From Akkermansia muciniphila ATCC BAA-835 (GTDB lineage Bacteria > Verrucomicrobiota > Verrucomicrobiia > Verrucomicrobiales > Akkermansiaceae), in assembly GCF_000020225.1 (NCBI RefSeq), contig NC_010655.1, positions 2,550,001-2,582,000 of the forward strand: a stretch of 32,000 bases of DNA. Direction: 5' to 3'. The notes below the pieces were generated by a model that saw only the letters and a program-made list of their open reading frames with translations, was not told the DNA's origin and ran no database searches. A program made the translations under genes and the position numbers. Below are positions 16,601 through 21,885 of this stretch, piece by piece (the stretch's first letter is position 1; each line of letters starts with the position of its first letter).

Positions 16601-18004
16601 ATGGTAAATGCGGCGCTTGGGGCCAAGGCGCCCGCCTCCCTGAAATCCGCCATCCGGGAACTGAAAAACATTCCTGTGGAACAAGGCTGCCGCTTTAAGC
16701 TTATCAATGTCGTCAACAACCGCGCCCTCCCCATCGCCAAGGCTATCATGGAAATTCCCGGGGTGGACCAGCTCACCAAGGCCACCTGCGCGGAAATGGT
16801 TCTGGGCATGGATGTGCGCATTTTCTTTGAACCCAAGCGCAAGGACGATAACCCCCAACCCGGGGAATATTCTTTAACCGTGGATGTCCAGCAGCCGCTG
16901 GGCGGCCGCGCCCTGGGGCTTCACCGCGACAAGGAACTGGAAGGAAAAGCCAATTCCGCCTACAAATATGACTTTGCCGGCACGGTGCAATTCAGCGACA
17001 CGACCACCTTCTCCCCCATGGAAACCATTTCCTGGACGCCCAATTCCAAATTCGGCGGACAGTGGAACGTTTACTCCTATAAAAAGGAACTCAGCGGTCC
17101 CACCCAGCCGGGCGTGCAGAAAATGAACGCCAAAATCAAATGGCGCGTCAATGACCTGGATGTGGAATACGACCGCCCCATCGCCGTGGGCGGCTTTGAA
17201 GTGGGATGCCCGGAAAAAGCCCTTTCAGTCACCAACTGCAACCATCTGTGGGTGCCGGGCATCCTGATCCGGGACCACGGCAACTGGGGATGCTCCTTCC
17301 ATCTGCCGGACGGAACCTACATTTCCGCGGCCTCCCAGGGCAACCAGATAGAGGTGTACGACAAAACGGACAAAAAGAAGGAAACAACCTGGGTTTCCCC
17401 GAATGACTCCTGCCTGACTCAAGGTTCCCGTTGCCTGTTCCGCGTTTCTACGGACTGGCACGGCCTGGAATGCCGCGTGCGTGAACTGAAACTGCTGGGC
17501 AGTTCCACGGAGGAAGTCGCGGACTATAAGCTGAAAGCCTCTACCGGAGGCCGTGTGGATACGGCCAAACTACTGGACAGGGACGCTACCACCGTTGAAG
17601 AACTGGACGCGTCCCCCTCGGAAGACGAGCCCCTGGTGCTGGAACTCACCCTGAAATCCCCTGCCGCCCTGCGCGCCGTGGACATCAAGATTGAAAAGGG
17701 CAACAACCGTTTAGTCATTGAAGCCAACAAAGGCGGCAAGTGGATTCCTATTCACTGGGGCTCCCTGGGGGCCTCTACTGCCGGCGTCAGCGATGCTCAG
17801 AAAGCCATGTACGCGAATGAACCGGAAGTACTGCGCATGCTCCAGCTTCCGGGCAATGGATTTATCAAATGCATGCGGACGTTTGACCCTGTCACCACCA
17901 ACAGGCTGCGCATCAAGCTCTTCCAGAAGGGCGGAAAAGTCCGCCTTGCGGAACTGCACGTGTACAAGGCAAACGCCGTCAGAAATATGGCTCTCCAGTC
18001 TTAA
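13622..18004 (+). CDS. Giant single-pass membrane protein with an N-terminal cytoplasmic module shared with the 21886 gene
   Basis: 1460-aa ORF with a GTG start at 13622; the alternative ATG is at 13628. The order is: conserved N-module (aa 1-105), Pro-rich linker, KKK plus TM helix (VGLWLLTLLLLGGACGTYYY, about nt 14096-14152), a long K/P/E/A low-complexity spacer, then the ectodomains. These are a PDZ-like segment (VTQVIEGSPAEKYIKEGDLILGIDGHPF), an NPCBM-like segment (RLRVDDGGNGIGSDGFEWSGLRLEG), a squalene-cyclase/prenyltransferase-like QW repeat (WLAAQQREDGSWE, then GWAGLAL), and a C-terminal discoidin-like segment (LLDRDATT...LRAVDIKIE...GGKWIPI...TNRLRIKL...LAELHVY). Confidence 0.9.
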   Translation: MTMEHTPPLPSGFNINGYLIQSLKQTAPLCHVYYVSDANHVPYLLREFCPQGLAVRDPESGKLRYPENTDIEREVLPLKNDFEAQFRTGSLWEISALGTLYLAYAIPGSHAAAEPPPGPVIPPAEPLRSDQRPLSTPGTGAAPVHAGSLPQPRKKKNSVGLWLLTLLLLGGACGTYYYTQTTSEKSVSLQEPAVPQSGREKKKAAKPEKKAVLPAVKAETPPEQKNAVPASPSGDVEQPKKTPPPISSGERNGNAPDILKNESAASPAQTAGESDVPAHDAADGKQPEPENSANRKEAQAAQSAVTPVLETRLRGKASRQTTNMGDVNSYVRKFAKPMTLNQWKKQYANLYTSWFGNSEEVAKGWITTFGPLGFRARGLDASWPDTNFRGFFPKTMLDPNGEPVANLYTVTQVIEGSPAEKYIKEGDLILGIDGHPFKTSQSLDVLYGPYQHQNRRGLDMHAGLLVDKAEGAGKITLNIIPAESVEKIQGIQPLWKEVLREERAQKPVSLSIPVKGGQQVRLRVDDGGNGIGSDGFEWSGLRLEGPGGTVPLTRALQYTVGYGEAKYDPKSSVWQAHAVSSLVFDIPRGDWELKGTGTPRWSASVGVTVQVGGSSTLPDAVKKYVKNVTFKIPQLGSYALGFPKNCAKSKAVVHMMSEWLAAQQREDGSWERPGGYCGNHYDTGWAGLALMATGNPKYDPVIKKAAHYIAFSGSQCWWAVPQASAGIFLCEYWLRYRDNSVLPAIRNGVQRMKNEVLYGDFVTGHGIHPGYRGTGVSIGGSHMCLFLALASKTPARTEDDVLDKMMDHAQSICPTGMGPYGRMTETFTFEPNRECGGTYSGRHGPYYIASLICGGPELYTKNSRIMYGEGPIGGCDQGHSSETLSIMWALPAYWRTNPEVYYKNMEAFRWKLTLLRPFDGGMMQNPNRLELMTADPVIGTYIRTSIWITALCAERRNLAITGKPEFQAKTFRKVPPIIDTESRFLNTYVRNWSMVNAALGAKAPASLKSAIRELKNIPVEQGCRFKLINVVNNRALPIAKAIMEIPGVDQLTKATCAEMVLGMDVRIFFEPKRKDDNPQPGEYSLTVDVQQPLGGRALGLHRDKELEGKANSAYKYDFAGTVQFSDTTTFSPMETISWTPNSKFGGQWNVYSYKKELSGPTQPGVQKMNAKIKWRVNDLDVEYDRPIAVGGFEVGCPEKALSVTNCNHLWVPGILIRDHGNWGCSFHLPDGTYISAASQGNQIEVYDKTDKKKETTWVSPNDSCLTQGSRCLFRVSTDWHGLECRVRELKLLGSSTEEVADYKLKASTGGRVDTAKLLDRDATTVEELDASPSEDEPLVLELTLKSPAALRAVDIKIEKGNNRLVIEANKGGKWIPIHWGSLGASTAGVSDAQKAMYANEPEVLRMLQLPGNGFIKCMRTFDPVTTNRLRIKLFQKGGKVRLAELHVYKANAVRNMALQS

Positions 18005-18169
18005 ACGGCTTTCACCTGCGGCCTGGAATAACAAAAAAAACTTGTGATGAGGAAATCCCGGCAGGGGCGCCAATCGCCGTGTCCCTGCTGGAAAAACCGG
18101 ACATACCATTTTTAAGGAGGGAGGAAATTCCCTGCTCCATGCCGGGGCGGCCAGCCAACTTCTTGTCTA

Positions 18170-18198
18170 TTGACACCAAGCCGCGCCTCCCCTATATT
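18170..18198 (+). promoter_or_regulatory. Near-consensus sigma70-type promoter for the GH16 gene (implies a leaderless or near-leaderless mRNA)
   Basis: TTGACA (18170-18175), 17-nt spacer, TATATT (18193-18198). The ATG of the GH16 CDS is at 18207, only 9 nt after the -10 hexamer. Confidence 0.45.
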
Positions 18199-18206
18199 TC
18201 CTTATT

Positions 18207-19166
18207 ATGTTCATCAGGACAACGCTCCTTTTTCCTATTCTTTTTCTCTCACTTTCAGGATCCTCCGTCATGGCGGCAACCCCTTGGGTTTCTGACAGGA
18301 ACTGGGAACTCGTTTTTGAAGACAATTTTGACGGCTCATCGCTGAACGCACACAACTGGAGCCGCATTGATTACGTAGGCTATAATGCCCCGGACTGGCG
18401 CAAGTACCAATCCCGGGACGAAAGCCTTGTGGAATTCCGGGAAAAGGACGGCAACTCCGCCATGACCCTGTGGGGAAAATACGGGGACTACACCACCCAA
18501 ACCAACCAGACTGCCCCAGCCAGGACATACGCCTGCGGAGGGGTATATTCCCTGAAAACCTTCTCCTTCCAATATGGATACGTAGAAGTCCGCGCCAGAT
18601 TCGACTGTGTGCAGGGCGTCTGGCCGGCCATCTGGATGATGCCCAAATCCGACAGCATCGGCTGGCCTGTCGGAGGGGAAATTGACATCATGGAACACCT
18701 GAATTACGAAGGCCGTGTTTACCAGACAATCCACTGGTCGCAAAACGGCGTTCCCAACCAGGATAACTCCCAGGGGGTCACCCCCGGTTGGAACGATGGT
18801 GCCGAAAAAGCAAACTGGCATACCTACGGGATGGAATGGACGGAAGAAGGCATCACCTTTTATGTGGATGGAAAAGCAACCGGTTCATTCAAAAAGCCCA
18901 ATAACGCAAACTGGCCCTTTGACAAGGACGGAAACGAATTCTACCTGATCATCGACCAGCAGATTGGAGGCAGCTGGGTGGAAAACGCAGGAGTTAATAA
19001 GGGAATCGACCAAAATACGCTGGCCAATTCCGGAGCCGCATTCGACATCGATTATGTCAAAGTCTATTCCTCAAGCATCTACAACCACCTCGTTCCGGAA
19101 CCCGCTGTGGCTTCGCTGGGCCTGTTGGGAATGGCCTTGCTGGCGGCTCGCCGCAAAAGAAACTGA
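18207..19166 (+). CDS. Glycoside hydrolase family 16 enzyme with signal peptide and PEP-CTERM anchor
   Basis: Signal peptide MFIRTTLLFPILFLSLSGSSVMA. The GH16 catalytic motif is GGEIDIMEH (E-x-D-x-x-E), with W..IWMMP upstream. The C-terminus is VPEPAVASLGLLGMALLAARRKRN (PEP-CTERM). Confidence 0.9.
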   Translation: MFIRTTLLFPILFLSLSGSSVMAATPWVSDRNWELVFEDNFDGSSLNAHNWSRIDYVGYNAPDWRKYQSRDESLVEFREKDGNSAMTLWGKYGDYTTQTNQTAPARTYACGGVYSLKTFSFQYGYVEVRARFDCVQGVWPAIWMMPKSDSIGWPVGGEIDIMEHLNYEGRVYQTIHWSQNGVPNQDNSQGVTPGWNDGAEKANWHTYGMEWTEEGITFYVDGKATGSFKKPNNANWPFDKDGNEFYLIIDQQIGGSWVENAGVNKGIDQNTLANSGAAFDIDYVKVYSSSIYNHLVPEPAVASLGLLGMALLAARRKRN

Positions 19167-19268
19167 TTGCCCACACACCTTTTCCTTTTGTTCCTCCCTG
19201 CCGCGGGAATAAATCTTCCGGGACATTCCCGGCATATTCTCAGGCAAAAACCGTCATTGGCACCTGCC

Positions 19269-20330
19269 TCAATATTTCTGGACTGGGGATGAAGGCAGTT
19301 TTTCTCTTCCGTCCTCTTCCAGGCGGCATAGAGCCTCCGCACGGCGGAGGCAGGAATCCCACAGGGAAGCCTTTTCCGGAAACGGGAAACACAGGGAGTC
19401 GCTCAGCTTTTCCACCCGTTTGAAAGAATCCCACCGGTCATAGGCGTTCAAACTTTCCTGGCGGGAAGCCAACCCATCCAGCCAGGGAAGAGGGTCATGG
19501 CAAATCAGGGGAAGATCGCATCCGGCCTTCAGGGACAGGAAGGCGGCGTCATCCGGTGAATACTGCGTCGTAATCGCCCCCATGCACAAATCATCCGTAA
19601 ACACCACGCCCCGGAAACCGAGGCGGTCACGCAGAAGCCCCCTGATCACCCGTTCAGACAAGGTGGCGGGATAATCGGGATCAATCTGAGGCAGCATGAT
19701 ATGGGCGGACATGATGGAGGACAATGCCGGACACAGAGCCAGAAAAGGCAGCAGATCCGTCTTGAACAGCTCCCGTTCATCCAGGCCGATCACGGGAAGG
19801 CTGAAATGGGGATCCGCCAGGGCACGCCCCATGCCGGGAAAATGTTTGCCGCAGCTCTGCACGCCTCCCCGGCGCAGGTTGGAGGCATAAACGCCGCCGC
19901 GTGAAATAACGTCCTGCGCATTGTCTCCCCAGCAGCGGCCGGGCAGCGCGTTGGCTGCGGACGGATCATGGCAAATATCCAGCACCGGGGCAAAATTCAG
20001 GTTCACCCCCAGGTAGCGGAGAGCTAAAGCCGTCACCGCGCCCAGTTCCACGATGCCGCCAACCGAACCGAGCCGGGCCAGCGAAGCCGGGGAGGGCAAA
20101 TTCAAGCCCAGGGAAGCGGTGCGAACCACCCGCCCCCCCTCCTGATCCACGGCAATGACAGGATGGTGGAGGCAAAGTTTCCGCAGCGACTCCGTCAGAC
20201 CGCGCACCTGCTCCACGGAATCAATATTCCTGGAAAACAGAATGAATCCGGCCGGCTGCAAACGCCGGATGGCAGCCTCCTCCTCCGCGCCCACTTCATG
20301 GCCGCTTATGCCGATCAGGGCAGGGAGCAT
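19269..20330 (-). CDS. nagZ: Glycoside hydrolase family 3 beta-N-acetylhexosaminidase (NagZ-like, no signal peptide)
   Basis: Starting at ATG 20330 gives MLPALIGISGHEV..EE...L.P.GFILFSRNI...AVDQEGGRV.R...NFAPVLD...KHFPGMG....DPH..LP, the GH3 N-terminal domain signature. It begins 13 nt after the pyrE stop. The longer listed start (20486) would overlap pyrE. Confidence 0.82.
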   Translation of the reverse strand: MLPALIGISGHEVGAEEEAAIRRLQPAGFILFSRNIDSVEQVRGLTESLRKLCLHHPVIAVDQEGGRVVRTASLGLNLPSPASLARLGSVGGIVELGAVTALALRYLGVNLNFAPVLDICHDPSAANALPGRCWGDNAQDVISRGGVYASNLRRGGVQSCGKHFPGMGRALADPHFSLPVIGLDERELFKTDLLPFLALCPALSSIMSAHIMLPQIDPDYPATLSERVIRGLLRDRLGFRGVVFTDDLCMGAITTQYSPDDAAFLSLKAGCDLPLICHDPLPWLDGLASRQESLNAYDRWDSFKRVEKLSDSLCFPFPEKASLWDSCLRRAEALCRLEEDGREKLPSSPVQKY

Positions 20331-20343
20331 GGACGAAAAAAGA

Positions 20344-20913
20344 TTAATGGCCCAACAAGGAAGTCCTGGTGTACAGCGGGTAAACGGGAATGCCGCGTTC
20401 CTCAATCGCCTGGCGTCCGCCTTCCTCTCGGTCCAGCAGCACCAGGGCGGCGGCAACCCTGCCCCCTTCCGCCTCAATGGCATCAATAGCCTTCAGCGTA
20501 GAGCCTCCCGTCGTGATAACGTCATCCACCACGACCACGGTATCCCCGGCCTGGAAATTGCCTTCAATACGGCGGCCGCGGCCATGGTCCTTCGGTTCTT
20601 TGCGCACGGTGAACACCTGAAGCGTCTTTTCCGCCCCTTCCAGAGCGCTGGTCATGCCGACGGCCAGGGAAATAGGGTCCGCCCCCATGGTCATGCCGCC
20701 GATGGCCGCCACCTCCGGGAAACGGGGCAAAATATCCTCCTTCACCAGCTTCCAGCCCAGAGCGCCCACCAGAGTGGCTCCTACGGGGTCCAGGGCTGTC
20801 ATGCGGCAGTCCACATACAAATCGGACACCTTGCCGGAAGCCAGTGTAAAAGTTCCCGTACGCACGGATTTTTCCAAAAGAATGCTTTTAAGAAGATCGT
20901 ATTGTTCGCTCAT
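20344..20913 (-). CDS. pyrE: Orotate phosphoribosyltransferase
   Basis: Starting at ATG 20913 gives MSEQYDLLKSILLEKSVRTGTFTLASGKVSDLYVDCR... and the PRPP-binding motif VVVVDDVITTGGST. Confidence 0.94.
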   Translation of the reverse strand: MSEQYDLLKSILLEKSVRTGTFTLASGKVSDLYVDCRMTALDPVGATLVGALGWKLVKEDILPRFPEVAAIGGMTMGADPISLAVGMTSALEGAEKTLQVFTVRKEPKDHGRGRRIEGNFQAGDTVVVVDDVITTGGSTLKAIDAIEAEGGRVAAALVLLDREEGGRQAIEERGIPVYPLYTRTSLLGH

Positions 20914-20992
20914 GAAAATAGGGATGAATGAAATGGTTCGCCGTGTATAACAGATACCCCCGGAATAAGCAACGGATAACAGCATGCAAATC

Positions 20993-21021
20993 TTGACAAA
21001 AAGGAGGACAGGCCCCATAAC
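20993..21021 (+). promoter_or_regulatory. Candidate sigma70-type promoter for the L,D-transpeptidase gene
   Basis: TTGACA (20993-20998), 17-nt spacer, CATAAC (21016-21021). The ATG is at 21045. This is a pattern match only. Confidence 0.3.
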
Positions 21022-21044
21022 CTGCCTGACATTTTCCCGTTCCC

Positions 21045-21692
21045 ATGAAATCCGGCATACTGGCGTTAGTTTCTATCAGTTCCGCTCTTGTTTCCTGCAT
21101 ATCGTACGAGAGGCCCCCGCTGTTTGACCAAATCACCGGAAAAATTCAGGGAATGTCCGGACGGGACGATTATCTGTCCGGGGTGGGCGCCACCTCAGGC
21201 GTCAACACGGATCTGCCTCCGGAAGCCCGTCTGGGCCAGGGATATTGGGATCTGCCGGCGGGCACCCAGGGGGAAAAGCACATCATCATTGACCTCAAGC
21301 AGCAGAAAGTCTTCTACTACGTGGGAACCACGCTCGTGGGCGTTTCCCCCATGTCTTCCGGCAAGGAAGGCTACGGCACTCCCAGGGGAACATACAAAAT
21401 CATCCAGAAAGACGCCAACTACAAATCCGGCACATACGGCGTTCTGCGCAGCAAATCCACCGGAGCCGTCGTCAACGGAGATTACAACGCCAGGGCTGGC
21501 GGAGCGCCGGCAGGAACCTACTTCGACCCCGCCCCCATGCCTTACTGGATGCGGATTACGGGAGGCTACGGCATGCATGTGGGTTTTGTCACCGGATATC
21601 CGGTCAGCCACGGCTGCGTGCGCCTGCCGGAGGACATGGCCAAGACATTCTTTGAACACACCCCCATCGGCACCAAGGTCACCATCCGTTAG
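21045..21692 (+). CDS. YkuD-family L,D-transpeptidase lipoprotein
   Basis: Lipobox-like signal (LALVSISSALVSC) and the YkuD catalytic motif ...GYGMHVGFVTGYPVSHGCVRLPEDMAKTFF (HGC.R). Confidence 0.9.
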   Translation: MKSGILALVSISSALVSCISYERPPLFDQITGKIQGMSGRDDYLSGVGATSGVNTDLPPEARLGQGYWDLPAGTQGEKHIIIDLKQQKVFYYVGTTLVGVSPMSSGKEGYGTPRGTYKIIQKDANYKSGTYGVLRSKSTGAVVNGDYNARAGGAPAGTYFDPAPMPYWMRITGGYGMHVGFVTGYPVSHGCVRLPEDMAKTFFEHTPIGTKVTIR

Positions 21693-21827
21693 CCGTTTCC
21701 TGCGCGGCATTGCGCCGCAGAAATGCCACACTTTCCGGAAACCGGCGTGTTTCGTATTCCCGCCGTCCGGAAGCGTTCCGTGCTGATAACTGCTCCCGTT
21801 TCATGGCGCAGCTTCCTCACTCCGGCA

Positions 21828-21856
21828 TTGACAAACGGCTCCGAACCTTTTTGAAT
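21828..21856 (+). promoter_or_regulatory. Candidate sigma70-type promoter for the 21886 giant gene
   Basis: TTGACA (21828-21833), 17-nt spacer, TTGAAT (21851-21856), with overlapping GAATAT/AATATA alternatives. The ATG is at 21886. Confidence 0.3.
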
Positions 21857-21885
21857 ATACGGGATCTTTGACCTCTTGATTCGTC

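Noticed and set aside
15116-16858. 580-aa minus-strand ORF
   Set aside because: It is antisense to the 1460-aa membrane-protein gene and has a Gly/Ala/Arg/His-rich artefact composition with no start context or motif.
18056-18092. 9-bp hairpin ccggcaggg...ccctgctgg after the 1460-aa gene, considered as a terminator
   Set aside because: It has a 16-nt loop, one G-U pair and no following U-tract on the + strand. That is too weak to call.
20155-20931. 258-aa + strand ORF
   Set aside because: It is antisense to pyrE and the nagZ 5' end, and has no motif. The pyrE PRPP-binding motif fixes the coding strand.
21088-21786. 232-aa + strand ORF overlapping the L,D-transpeptidase gene in another frame
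   Set aside because: It is a Pro/Arg/Ser-rich alternate frame. The 21045 frame carries the lipobox and the HGCVRL YkuD motif.
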